From: Vulcanimicrobiota bacterium
GTDB taxonomy: Bacteria; Vulcanimicrobiota; Vulcanimicrobiia; Vulcanimicrobiales; Vulcanimicrobiaceae
NCBI GenBank assembly: GCA_963714015.1
Contig: OY970223.1
Span: 1,152,001-1,216,000, forward strand
Length of the DNA stretch: 64,000 bases
Reading direction: 5' to 3'
Part shown: positions 1 through 9,258 of the stretch, in pieces
Layout of the letters: the number at the start of each line of letters is the position of its first letter
Position numbering within the stretch: position 1 is the first letter of the stretch
The notes under the pieces: generated by a model
The model's input: only the letters and a program-made list of their open reading frames with translations
Told to the model about the DNA's origin: nothing
Databases searched by the model: none
Program-made: the position numbers and the translations under genes

Positions 1-300
1 GCCGTAATCGTCTGCGGAGCAGTCGTGACGCTCGCTAATGCTTGGTTTTCGTGCGTATTCCACAGCTATCAAGCGGAGCTGTACCCTACGCGCGTGCGCG
101 CTCAAGCCGTGGGCTTCGTTTACTCGTGGAGCCGCTTCAGCTCGATATTCGCCGGGTTTCTCATCGGTGCCGTGCTGGCATCGTACGGCACGCGCGGCGT
201 GTTTACCGCAATCGCCCTTGCCATGACGATCGCCGCGTGTTCGGTGGGTTTCTTCGGCATCCGGACGAACCGCATCGCCTTGGAAAATCTTTCAGTCTGA
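1..300 (+). CDS. MFS transporter, C-terminal part (5' end outside window)
   Basis: YQAELYPTRVRAQAVG motif typical of MFS sugar/aromatic-acid transporters; hydrophobic helices. Confidence 0.85.
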   Translation, partial: AVIVCGAVVTLANAWFSCVFHSYQAELYPTRVRAQAVGFVYSWSRFSSIFAGFLIGAVLASYGTRGVFTAIALAMTIAACSVGFFGIRTNRIALENLSV

Positions 301-1117
301 CGTCAACCGTTTTACGAAAAGCGCATGGTTGAAAGAACCGCCGCCGCCGAAACGCACGGCGATCAGCTGCATTGAAGGAATGATGTAGAGCGCCTGACCG
401 CCCGAACCGCTTGCGTAAAACAAATCCGGCGGAGTATTCGGAAATGCAAGCCACCAGCCCAAACCGTACCGCGGGTTGGCTTGAGATCCGATGAACGCTT
501 GCGCATAGTCGTCGTAATGCTGCAAAACGCGGCGACCGTATGCGAGCCAGTTGCGCGCGGTGAGGAACGCGCCGGTGGGCAGCGGCTGCGATCCATCGCC
601 GAGCGTGCGCCAGCGCGCTACAGTGATGCCGTTCGGATCCAAAATCCGCGAGTGGAGAAATTGGTGCGGCGTCATTTGCAGCGTTTGCAGTTTTCGCGCG
701 AAGACGGCGCCGAAAGCCTGCAGCGGAATTCCGCCGTACGTGAAGACGGTGCCGGGCTCGTTCCGCAGCTCGGTTGCCAGGGCTTTTTCGTACGGCGGCA
801 CGGCGGATCCCAAACCCCCGAACGGCAACCCTGCAGTAAGCTGAAGCAGACTGGCGCAGCGTCACGCGATTCTTCCACGGGTCTTCGCTCCACGAAGCGA
901 TCGTTTGCGCGACCGCTTCGTCCAACCCGAGCAGCCCTTCGGATTGCGCAGTCAGCGCCGCAATCCCCCAAAAGCTCTTCGTTCCGCTATAGAGCGCGTG
1001 GGGCGTGCCGGCGCTCATTCCGGGAGCATATGACTCATGTTCGATAACTCCGCTGCGCTCGATGACGAGCGCCTGCGGCTTGAATCGTTGATGATAATCA
1101 ATCGCGGATTGCGGCAT
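292..1117 (-). CDS. Serine hydrolase, beta-lactamase family (frameshift near 845)
   Basis: SxxK motif YSGTKS in ORF 203..1117; [14 protein letters not shown] and ASGSGGQ in ORF 292..828. Confidence 0.8.
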
Positions 1118-1192
1118 ACTCCTGGTGTTCTACGCGTTGAGCGCCGTGCTTCTGCAAGGTCGTCTCTGCGCGTCCGGAAGAAAGACGATGTG

Positions 1193-2164
1193 ATGAAGGC
1201 GCTTGTGCACCACGCCGGCCGGCGCGGCGAGCTGGCACTCGAGGACCGGCCAAAGCCGGAGCCGGGAAAAGGCGAGATTCTGCTGCGCGTGATTGCCTGC
1301 GGGGTTTGCCGTACGGATCTGCACGTTATCGACGAAGAACTGCCGCCGCTGCGCGATTCGATCGTGCCCGGCCATCAGATTGTTGGTCAGCGTGAGGACG
1401 GCACGCGCTTAGGCGTTTCGTGGATAGGCGGCGTCGACGGGAGCTGCGAGTATTGCAAAGCGGACGAAGAGAATCTGTGCGACGCACCCGTCTTTACCGG
1501 ATACGGTCGCGACGGCGGATACGCGGAGTACGTCACCGTGCGGGAAGATTTTACGTACGAGCTGCCCCCGGGCTTGGCGGCAGGGGAGGCCGCACCGCTG
1601 CTTTGCGCAGGGATCATCGGCTTTCGATCGCTGCGTATCGCAGGCGTCCGTCCGGGAGAACGCGTCGGGCTCTTCGGATTCGGTGCGTCGGCGCATCTGG
1701 TGCTGCAAGTGCTCAAAGCGTGGGGCTGCGAAGTGTTCGTTTCGACCAGAGGTGCGGCGCACCGTGAACTTGCGCGAAAACTAGGCGCCGTCTGGACCGG
1801 CGAGGCAACGGAACGGCCTCCGCGCGAATTGCACCGAGCGGTAACGTTTGCGCCGGCCGGCGACGTCGTCCTCACCGCGTTGGCTTCGTTGCGCAAGGGA
1901 GGCGTCGTGTCGATCAACGCCATCCATCTCGATCGAATTCCGGAGCTTGACTACGATCGGCTTTTGTGGGGCGAGCGGTCCATTCGCAGCGTTGCCAACA
2001 TGACCCGGGACGACGCGCGCGAATTCTTGGCGTTGGCCGCGGCCGAAGGCATACGCGCACAGACGCAGTCTTTCGATTTGGAAGAGGGTCCACAAGCGCT
2101 GAACGCGCTGCGCCGTGATGGAATCGATGGGGCGGCTGTTCTCTTCCCGCACGCGCGGGTATAA
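1193..2164 (+). CDS. Zinc-binding alcohol dehydrogenase family protein
   Basis: [16 protein letters not shown], CxxCxxxxxxxC, APLLCAG, GxxGFG. Confidence 0.92.
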   Translation: MKALVHHAGRRGELALEDRPKPEPGKGEILLRVIACGVCRTDLHVIDEELPPLRDSIVPGHQIVGQREDGTRLGVSWIGGVDGSCEYCKADEENLCDAPVFTGYGRDGGYAEYVTVREDFTYELPPGLAAGEAAPLLCAGIIGFRSLRIAGVRPGERVGLFGFGASAHLVLQVLKAWGCEVFVSTRGAAHRELARKLGAVWTGEATERPPRELHRAVTFAPAGDVVLTALASLRKGGVVSINAIHLDRIPELDYDRLLWGERSIRSVANMTRDDAREFLALAAAEGIRAQTQSFDLEEGPQALNALRRDGIDGAAVLFPHARV

Positions 2165-2171
2165 TTTCAAG
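2160..2171 (+). promoter_or_regulatory. -10 element of probable leaderless promoter
   Basis: TATAAT at 2160-2165, 6 nt before ATG 2172; no Shine-Dalgarno. Confidence 0.5.
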
Positions 2172-2612
2172 ATGAGCCGCGCCTTCGTGAAAGAGGACCG
2201 CGGCGACAAGGAACCCGTCGCCCCGCGCCTTCAGCGTCAGCACCCGTATTACGTGACCCCCCAGGGGGTAGCGCAACTGAATGCGCGCCTAACGGAGGCC
2301 CGTAAGGCAGGCAACACCCGCGAAGCGGAAGATCTTCAGGAGCGCTTGGATTCGGCGATCGTCATCGACCCTGCACGGCAAGAAGAAGGCGCCGTGCATT
2401 TCGGCGCCCGCGTAACGGTCGAAGATTCTAAGAAGCAGCGCCAAGTCTATCAAATCGTCGGAGAGGATGAAGCGGACCCGCTGAGCGGAACGATCAGCTG
2501 GCTTTCGCCGCTGGCCCGGGCGCTGATGGAGCATCGGGAGGGAGATCGCGTCATTTGGGAACGTCCCGCGGGCAATCTCCCTCTGCGAATCGTCGGTATC
2601 AAGTACCGATAA
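2172..2612 (+). CDS. GreA/GreB family elongation factor-like protein
   Basis: MSRAFVKE start; VHFGARV, YQIVGEDEADP, ISWLSPLARAL. Confidence 0.9.
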   Translation: MSRAFVKEDRGDKEPVAPRLQRQHPYYVTPQGVAQLNARLTEARKAGNTREAEDLQERLDSAIVIDPARQEEGAVHFGARVTVEDSKKQRQVYQIVGEDEADPLSGTISWLSPLARALMEHREGDRVIWERPAGNLPLRIVGIKYR

Positions 2613-2618
2613 GTACGG

Positions 2619-2879
2619 TTATTTCGGGTTGTAAGCGACGCACCAGCCGTTCGGGCTAATCGATCCGGCGACGATTTTGCACGCGCCCATCGACTTGGCT
2701 GTCTTTCCTGGAATGAAGAGTTTGCAGCCGGCGCATTTCTGTTTGCCGTGCGGGTGATCCTGATACTTGAGGGCCGCTTTTGACGATTTGGCGTCGGCTT
2801 CGAGCGTGGTTACGCCCACTGCCGCGGCCAGCGCGGGCAGCACAAGCGTTTTGAGCGCTTGTTCGCGGGTGATTTTCAT
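2619..2879 (-). CDS. High-potential iron-sulfur protein (HiPIP), secreted
   Basis: YQDHP...CAGCKLF...GACKIVAG.ISPNGWC: four-Cys HiPIP pattern; N-terminal signal peptide. Confidence 0.88.
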   Translation of the reverse strand: MKITREQALKTLVLPALAAAVGVTTLEADAKSSKAALKYQDHPHGKQKCAGCKLFIPGKTAKSMGACKIVAGSISPNGWCVAYNPK

Positions 2880-2941
2880 GAACGTACCTCCGCCGAAGGC
2901 GTTCAACGATCCGCGAAATGCTTCCCGCGCAGTGGCCGCCG

Positions 2942-3319
2942 TTACGAGCCGGGCTGTAGATTTACTTCGAGCGTCGTCGGGTTATCCCAGCGCGTCGTGC
3001 AGGTGCCGATTGCGCTATTTTGGTGCGAGAGCTGCACGCGCCAAGGACTGCCGCCGCCGCTTTGCGACCAGAAGTCGACTTCGCAAGCGGCCGACTCGGA
3101 CCGATGGCGATAGAGCACCATCGTGCCCTTCGAACCGTCCGGGCAGCGAATTGTCGTGCCGTTGTCGATGCGGTGGACGTGGCAAGAGCCGGTTTGTCCG
3201 GCGTCGGCCACCACGCGGTGGAATCCGTTGGCGGTGACTTGAAGATCCGCGCGCGCTGCGAGGGGCGCTGCCGCCATCGTAAGGATCGCAGCAACGGCCA
3301 CAATAGAGCGAGTAGTCAT
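2942..3319 (-). CDS. Hypothetical secreted Cys-containing protein
   Basis: Signal peptide MTTRSIVAVAAILTMAAAPLAARA; GAGGG RBS upstream. Confidence 0.6.
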   Translation of the reverse strand: MTTRSIVAVAAILTMAAAPLAARADLQVTANGFHRVVADAGQTGSCHVHRIDNGTTIRCPDGSKGTMVLYRHRSESAACEVDFWSQSGGGSPWRVQLSHQNSAIGTCTTRWDNPTTLEVNLQPGS

Positions 3320-3396
3320 ACGCTGGATATACCCTCTGTGGTGAAAATGAGGCAAGGGTTCGCCCGGCCGCAGCGCATCAGTGCCGTACTCGACAA

Positions 3397-3897
3397 CTAG
3401 CGATCGCCGAAGTATCGATGCCCCGGATTGACGGTCGGCGCCACGGTCGGCGTCGGGCTGGGTGTCGGTGAAGCGGTGGGTGTAGGAGTAGGCGTCGGCG
3501 TCGGCGTTGGACTCGGCGTCGGCGTCGGCGTCGGCGTTGGGCTCGCAGTCGGCGTCGGCGTTGGGCTCGCAGTCGGCGTCGGACTCGGCGTTGGCGTCGG
3601 TCTCGGTGTGTGGTGCGGCGTCGGAGTCGGGTTCGGCGTCGACGTTGGGCGCGGCGTCGGCGTCGGTGTCGGCCGCGGAGTCGGCGTCGGCGTGGCCCGC
3701 GGAGTCGGCGTCGGAGACGGTGAAAGCGTTGGCGACTGTGTCGGGGCGGGCGATGGAGAAGACGAGGGCGCGGAACTCGTTCCCCCTCCCGGTGCGGTGG
3801 TCGGCGAAGTAATGAAAAACTCGTTCGTCGTGCCGCCGCTTCGGCATGCCGTAAGGACGAGCGCGATCGCAAAGATCGCCAGGAAGCTTGCCCGCAT
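3397..3897 (-). CDS. Pro-Thr repeat lipoprotein
   Basis: Lipobox LTAC followed by ~100 aa of (PT)n. Confidence 0.75.
   Translation of the reverse strand: MRASFLAIFAIALVLTACRSGGTTNEFFITSPTTAPGGGTSSAPSSSPSPAPTQSPTLSPSPTPTPRATPTPTPRPTPTPTPRPTSTPNPTPTPHHTPRPTPTPSPTPTASPTPTPTASPTPTPTPTPSPTPTPTPTPTPTASPTPSPTPTVAPTVNPGHRYFGDR
3430..3720. repeat. Degenerate 6-bp tandem repeat (GGCGTC)n encoding Pro-Thr
   Basis: Directly visible hexamer periodicity. Confidence 0.9.
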
Positions 3898-4113
3898 ACG
3901 CTGATCTTATGGTCACGCGCTGCCTCGCGGGAGGGACTTATTTCTAATTAGACTTCCCGGTCAGTCCCAAACGCTAGCGAGAAATGCTATTGGCGGCCGC
4001 CAGCCTGCGTCTGCCCGCCGCTGCTTCGGATTGGAAAATGCGCATTTGCTGCCGCATGGCGACCGGTTGCTGCTAATGGACAAGGCACCAGGCATTCTGC
4101 GCGAATAGAGCGC

Positions 4114-4767
4114 CTATGTGAGCCACGCGAAGGCTCTGCGTACGAAAGCATGCGCGTCGCGGTCGACGCACTCACCGTGCGCCATAATGAGTCTGTCGAA
4201 ATCCCAAGACAACAGATGCTCGAGCGAAGCTCGCCCTAGGGCCTTCTTGCCGACGAAACTCGCGCGGGCGTCGATTGGCATGCCGCCGTCAACCCCGGCC
4301 AATTTGAGGATAAAATTGCGCAAAGCATTTTGCCCGAGCCTATAATTCTGAATGAAGTCACCCATGATGAGCGAGCGCGACGAGCGATGGAGGAATTCGA
4401 CTTCGTTCAGAACGCGACTTCCGCGGAAGACGACTTGATCGAGGTCGCTGCTCCAATCCGTGGGCGCGGCGTCACCTAGCGATTTTGCCGGCCAAGTCTG
4501 TGCGCCGGGAAACGTTTTTGCCCACGCGTCCAAGCGCCAATCGTGCATCGGCGTCGGTGAAACGAGATGATGCACCGGTCCGATTCGCGCAACCATAAGC
4601 ATGTCGTTGGGCGCGCATTCGACCGGCGAATTGATCCATACGCCGCCGTTCCCGAGTCTGATGACGATCATTCTGGTCGGAAAAGGGAATCCGAACCCTC
4701 GAACGATTGGTCCGTCCGCAACCCATATCGAATCTTCGTACGGCCGGAGCATGAGCGGCAGATTCAT
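4114..4767 (-). CDS. DUF4336 family protein (metallo-beta-lactamase-like fold)
   Basis: FPTRMIVIRL..GGVWINSPV, LVSPxxMH, EVEFLH, WDFDRLIMAHG. Confidence 0.85.
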   Translation of the reverse strand: MNLPLMLRPYEDSIWVADGPIVRGFGFPFPTRMIVIRLGNGGVWINSPVECAPNDMLMVARIGPVHHLVSPTPMHDWRLDAWAKTFPGAQTWPAKSLGDAAPTDWSSDLDQVVFRGSRVLNEVEFLHRSSRSLIMGDFIQNYRLGQNALRNFILKLAGVDGGMPIDARASFVGKKALGRASLEHLLSWDFDRLIMAHGECVDRDAHAFVRRAFAWLT

Positions 4768-4883
4768 CGATTAGGTTTTCGCAGACTGCGGCGCGTGCCA
4801 TTAAACGTTCTTCGACGCGAAAAGTAAATATGCCGTTTGGCCGCGAACGTCCGGCGATCAGCAGCGTGCCGCGCGCGGCTTGG

Positions 4884-5231
4884 TTAGGGTGCAGTTGCCT
4901 TATGCTCGCGCAGGCGAAGGTACGCGGCGGCCTCGATGGTAATTAGTCCCTCGCCGATCATCTCTTCGAGTTCGGGAATGAGCGCGCGAAGATTTTCTTC
5001 GTCGTCGACGACTTCGATCAGAATCGGCAGGTTTGCCGACCAGGAAAACACTTTCGCGATATGGAGTTCGTGATGCGAGCCGAAGCCCTCGATGCCTCGA
5101 AACACGGTCGCGCCGGCAACGCCGCGCTTGCGCAGAAACTCCACGACTGCCGTATAGAGGGGTTCCACGCCGCGCCGGTCCTTCTCGTCGACGAAGATGC
5201 GCATCAACTTTCCGTCGCGAAATGCTTCCAT
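4884..5231 (-). CDS. DUF190 (PII-like) protein
   Basis: LMRIFVDE, GATVFRGIEGFG, LPILIEVVD. Confidence 0.9.
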   Translation of the reverse strand: MEAFRDGKLMRIFVDEKDRRGVEPLYTAVVEFLRKRGVAGATVFRGIEGFGSHHELHIAKVFSWSANLPILIEVVDDEENLRALIPELEEMIGEGLITIEAAAYLRLREHKATAP

Positions 5232-5267
5232 ACCGCCTCCGCTGTTTACCGGTGGGTTTAGTATAGC

Positions 5268-5594
5268 ATGGTGGGAACGCTGCTGCGGATCTTCGTGTGT
5301 GAGGGGGAGCGTTACGGCAAAGAGCCGCTGTATGCCGCCGTTATCGGGGAACTGCGCCGGAACGGTTTCCACGGCGCCACAGTGCTCAAGGCAATCGAAG
5401 GATTCGGGATCCGCGGGCACGTGCGTTCGGCGCGCACTGTCGATTTGGCTTCGGATCTGCCGCTGGTAATCGAGATCATCGAATCGGAAGAAAAGGTTCG
5501 CGAGATCATTCCGCGGCTTACCGGCATGATTTCCGAAGGCATGCTAACGATCGAACGAGTGGAATATTTGCCGATACGGGCCAATACATCGTGA
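5268..5594 (+). CDS. DUF190 (PII-like) protein
   Basis: LLRIFVCE, GATVLKAIEGFG, DLPLVIEIIES. Confidence 0.9.
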   Translation: MVGTLLRIFVCEGERYGKEPLYAAVIGELRRNGFHGATVLKAIEGFGIRGHVRSARTVDLASDLPLVIEIIESEEKVREIIPRLTGMISEGMLTIERVEYLPIRANTS

Positions 5595-5980
5595 TCGATT
5601 GGCGAATGTCGCTTGCGGTAATCGCCGGCGGCGGCATCGGTGCGTTTTTCCGGTACGCAGTCGGAGCGCTGTTCCTTCAGCGCTTCGGTCCTGGTTTTCC
5701 GTACGCCACGATGACGATCAATCTCCTCGGTTGTTTTTTGATCGGCATCATCTCCGAGCTCGCAGTGTCACGCGCCATAGGCGTCACTCCGCTGGTCCGC
5801 ACGTTCCTGGTCGTCGGGATCCTTGGCGGTTTTACGACCTTTTCGACTTTTGCGTACGAGGCCGTGACGCTCGGCGAGGAGGCCGCCGGGCTTGCGGCGC
5901 TTGCCTACGTTTGCGCCAGTGTCATCGGTGGAATCGTTGCCGCGTTCGCCGGCATGGTCGCCGTTCGAAGTTTGACCTGA
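5591..5980 (+). CDS. crcB: Fluoride efflux channel FluC/CrcB
   Basis: GGGIGAFFRY, FPYATMTINLLGCF, GILGGFTTFSTF. Confidence 0.95.
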   Translation: MIDWRMSLAVIAGGGIGAFFRYAVGALFLQRFGPGFPYATMTINLLGCFLIGIISELAVSRAIGVTPLVRTFLVVGILGGFTTFSTFAYEAVTLGEEAAGLAALAYVCASVIGGIVAAFAGMVAVRSLT

Positions 5981-6040
5981 CGGCTTCCGGGACGGTCACA
6001 ACCGCAAACTCTGCGCCGTCCTAATGGTTAGGAGGGATGA

Positions 6041-6611
6041 ATGGCACGTATCAAAGGCATCGATCCGAAGCAGGCACCACTTCCTATGCGGTTTGTTCTC
6101 GACAAGGTGCGCAGGATGGTTGGGCGCGACTTGACGCCTCTGCTCATCTCCGGTCGAGTACCGCGAGTCTTCTGGCTTCACGGGCTTGCGCAGTGGCTGC
6201 TTTTCGAGAAGTCCGCGCTGCCGCAGCGCCAGATCATGATCGTCGCCCTGCGAACGGCGGCGCGTGTGGGATGTCCGTTTTGAATCGATGCCAATTCTGC
6301 AGGTGGCAGAATGAACGGATTGAGCAGCACCGAGCTTGCGACGATCGCTGCAGGCGAATTTGAGGGATTTGAAGCGGAGGAGGCGACGCTGTTGCGGATG
6401 GCGGATGCGCTGGCTGAAACACCGGCCAATGTAAGTAGCGAGCTCTACGCGGATTTGCGGCGGCACTTTTCCGAAGAGCAGCTCGATCGAGCTGGCCACC
6501 GTAGCCGGATTTGAAAACCTGCGGGCCCGCGCCAATCGGGTGTTCGACGTCGGCAGCGACGGCTTATGTTCCATCATGGATCACCGCACTGCTGCGGCGG
6601 TCCATTCTTAG
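6041..6611 (+). CDS. AhpD/carboxymuconolactone decarboxylase family protein, probable selenoprotein (CPFU; TGA 6281-6283), plus a frameshift near 6485
   Basis: ARVGCPF-TGA-IDANSA continues in frame into the CMD-like C-half (YADLRRHFSEEQL..ELA..AGFENLRARANRVF). Confidence 0.8.
6294..6312 (+). promoter_or_regulatory. Candidate bacterial SECIS hairpin
   Basis: ATTCTGC-AGGTG-GCAGAAT: perfect 7-bp stem with G-containing loop, 10 nt after the TGA. Confidence 0.7.
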
Positions 6612-6723
6612 CGGCGCGAGTACACAATGAAGATCGTAGGCAGGTGCTTGCCGCTCTCTTTTTTTGCGTCGTGCCTATTGCGCTCTTAATATTTCAGCAG
6701 AAGGCTCAGGAATCATCGCCGAG

Positions 6724-7150
6724 TTACGGTGACGTTAACATGTTCGGTAACCACATGAGCCGCGCCGCGCCCATCGTGCCGACGCCTACGATCAGTGCGG
6801 CGATCACAAGTGTTCCGGCTGACAACCACTTGATACGTGAATCCGTAACGCGACGTGCGCGAAGGTAGAGGTCGACTACGATCCAAGGAACCATGAATCG
6901 CGCGAACCCTATGAACATGTCGAACCAGCCGTCCATGTCCCCCGTCGTTCCTGGGCCGCCGCCGAAAGGCAAGCGGCCCGTCGCTACCGTCCAGAATCCG
7001 TATCCAATGCGGATAAACCATACGCCGCTCACCATGAGAAACGTCATGAGCGCCCAGCGCCGGTGCTCGTCGATCTTTCCGGCTCGCGCGTAGCCGATCG
7101 CAAGAAGCGCACAGAGAATAATGAGCGCACCGTTTGCGTCACTCGCCGCG
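6724..7150 (-). pseudogene. C-terminal part of DUF2306-like membrane protein (5' end degenerate or missing)
   Basis: NGALIILCALLAIGYARAGKIDEHRRWALMTF...VWFIR; no convincing start. Confidence 0.55.
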
Positions 7151-7364
7151 GCAGCCGCAAACGATTGCGCCGGTCCGGCGTGAAAAAGTATCGGCCGCTG
7201 CGTCGATGTGAGCCAAATGGCGCCCGCTTGCGCCCAGCCGGATGCCGTGCGAATGCGCGCATGGAGAAAGCCTTCACTGTCCGCATACGGCGACTGGATC
7301 TCGTAGCCTGCGAGAATTGCTTGGGTTACCGACGTAAAAATCGTGATTCGTTGAGACGTCTCTA

Positions 7365-7556
7365 CTACCTCACGGAAATGCGTCGCGCATCGCGATACGC
7401 GCGCACGCGCACCATTGCCGGTCTGCGCCGGGTGGACTCTAGCCGGGCTACCAGCACGACGAGCGAGAGCATAGCGAGCGGTATCAACGAGAGCACGAAT
7501 GCGACGTTGTCGACGAGCCAGTTCTGTGTATGACCTGCGAACATTTTCGACTCCAT
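7365..7556 (-). CDS. Small single-TM hypothetical protein
   Basis: 63 aa ORF with one hydrophobic helix and a basic tail. Confidence 0.4.
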   Translation of the reverse strand: MESKMFAGHTQNWLVDNVAFVLSLIPLAMLSLVVLVARLESTRRRPAMVRVRAYRDARRISVR

Positions 7557-7653
7557 CGCGGCCCCGCGGCCGCAGCTGTTCTATCTACTAGACGAATTGG
7601 GGCCCCGCAAATCGACATGAAGCCCCGAGAAGCGTGCTTTTATTTTAGCATAT

Positions 7654-7685
7654 TACTTGTATTTTACAAGTACACTTGGTATAAT
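7654..7685 (+). promoter_or_regulatory. Sigma70 promoter with overlapping palindromic operator
   Basis: TTGTAT-17 nt-TATAAT (7657-7685); TACTTGTA-TTT-TACAAGTA at 7654-7672 covers the -35. Confidence 0.75.
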
Positions 7686-7720
7686 CCGGCCATAACACTG
7701 CGGCTTCAAGGAGGCTATCC

Positions 7721-8068
7721 ATGGGAAACCCGGTCGTTCACTTCGAGATCGTTGGAAAAGACGGGTCCGCGCTGCGCGATTTCTACAAGCAGGCCTTCGA
7801 CTGGACGTTCGAACCGGTCGGCGGTCCGATGGACTATTCCATGGTGCAAAACGCCGGCATCGGCGGCGGCGTCGGCCAATGCCCGCAGGGGGAAGAGGGC
7901 CACGTAACCTTCTACGTCGAGGTCTCCGACGTCATGGAGGCGCTCAAGAAGATCGAAGCGCTGGGCGCGAAAACGCTCAATGGCCCGATGCCCATCCCCG
8001 GAGGCGGACAGATTGCGCAGTTCGCCGATCCGCAAGGACAAATCATCGGACTAGTTCAGCAAGCGTGA
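7721..8068 (+). CDS. VOC/glyoxalase family protein
   Basis: MGNPVVHFEI...FY..AFDW, IAQFADPQG; AGGAGG RBS. Confidence 0.92.
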   Translation: MGNPVVHFEIVGKDGSALRDFYKQAFDWTFEPVGGPMDYSMVQNAGIGGGVGQCPQGEEGHVTFYVEVSDVMEALKKIEALGAKTLNGPMPIPGGGQIAQFADPQGQIIGLVQQA

Positions 8069-8084
8069 ATGTGAGGATCGATCG

Positions 8085-8561
8085 ATGCAGCAGCAGATCA
8101 TTCCATTTCTGTGGTTCAATGGGAACGCTGAAGAAGCAGTGAACTATTATGTCTCACTGTTCAAGAATTCGAAGATCGACAACATCAGCCGTTATGACGA
8201 CGGCAAACCGTTGGTGATCGATTTCCAAATCGACGGTCAAGACGTCATGGCGCTCAACGGCGGCGACACCGGCGAGGAAAATCCCGGCAAGCCGTATCCC
8301 GGTTCGATCGCGCTTTTTGTGAGCTGCGCAACGCAAGACGATGTCGACACACTCTGGAACGGCCTGAAAGCGGGCGGCGAAACCTTGCAGTGCGGTTGGG
8401 TCAGAGACCGTTACGGCGTTATTTGGAACATCGTGCCGCAGGGACTCACCGATCTGCTCGGCAGCGACGACCGCGAGCGCGCCGCTCGCGCGATGCAGGC
8501 GATGATGGAAATGGACAAACTCGACATCAACGAGCTGCGCCGCGCGTACGAGAGCGTGTAG
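8085..8561 (+). CDS. VOC family protein (PhnB/3-demethylubiquinone-9 3-methyltransferase-like)
   Basis: IIPFLWFNGNAEEAVNYY, QCGWVRDRYGVIW, AMMEMDKLDI. Confidence 0.92.
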   Translation: MQQQIIPFLWFNGNAEEAVNYYVSLFKNSKIDNISRYDDGKPLVIDFQIDGQDVMALNGGDTGEENPGKPYPGSIALFVSCATQDDVDTLWNGLKAGGETLQCGWVRDRYGVIWNIVPQGLTDLLGSDDRERAARAMQAMMEMDKLDINELRRAYESV

Positions 8562-8593
8562 ACGATACAAAGGGGATTCTGCCCCGCGTGCCG

Positions 8594-8618
8594 CGCCGGC
8601 GAAAGGAAAGCCGGCGTT
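8594..8618 (+). terminator. Hairpin downstream of VOC operon
   Basis: CGCCGGC-gaaaggaaa-GCCGGCG. Confidence 0.45.
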
Positions 8619-8627
8619 GATGGCAAG

Positions 8628-8680
8628 GTAGGGGCGCTTCCCCATGCCGCAGGGGCCGCCCTAACGCTATGCTAGGGCCG
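8628..8680 (+). promoter_or_regulatory. Conserved box + -10 (leaderless promoter), module 1
   Basis: GTAGGGGCGCTTCCCCAT (8628-8645), 22 nt, TATGCT (8668-8673), 6 nt, GTG 8680. Confidence 0.7.
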
Positions 8681-9238
8681 TGCCAATCTCGGACGTCCTC
8701 GCCACGGTTTTGCTGCAGCGGATGCGCGATATGGATCGTGCCGAACGAAGTGTGCTCGATGTACGCATCGGTCATGGGTCAGCGGTTTCGGCTTGCCGTG
8801 CTGGCCGCAGCGACCGGACTATCGGAAGAACGCGTTCGCGCCGTGCTGGAGAAGGCCAGCGTGCTCCAATTCGTGATGTGCGAAGATGGGGAAAGCGATT
8901 GGTATGCCTTCCGCCACGCCTTAATTCGCGATATCGCGTACGAAGAATTTATCGGTAACCGCGTGCGTCCGATACACCGGCTTATCGCTCGCGCGCTCGA
9001 ACGCTGCGCCGATGCAAAGCACGTTCCGATCGACGATCTCGCGTACCACTCCTGGGCCGCCGGCGATGCCGAGCGCTGCGTGCGCTATAACGAACTTGCA
9101 GGCGATAGAGCCGCGGGGGCCTTTGCAAACCACGATGCTCGAATTTACTATGCGCGCGCGCGCGAGTTTGCAGACCCTAATTCCGAGCATTATCGCCGCT
9201 TGACCGGGAAACTCGTCCGGCTGCAACAGGACGGGTAG
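8680..9238 (+). CDS. Stand-alone winged-helix/arm fragment homologous to the middle of AAA-LuxR regulators (frameshift near 8760)
   Basis: MPISDVL..LLQRMRDM.. then YAFRHALIRDIAYEE..HRLIARALE..LAYHSWAAGD; paralog of 24555..25109. Confidence 0.8.
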
Positions 9239-9258
9239 CCGGCGTCACGCGCCGAAAA

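Noticed and set aside
3430..3720. Repeat tract as CRISPR array, or the Gly-Val ORF on the + strand as a gene
   Set aside because: Hexamer coding repeat without spacers; the minus frame has a lipobox; no cas genes or arrays seen in the window
5232..5267. Fluoride riboswitch before crcB
   Set aside because: Intergenic gap only 36 bp and no recognisable GGCGATGG-type core
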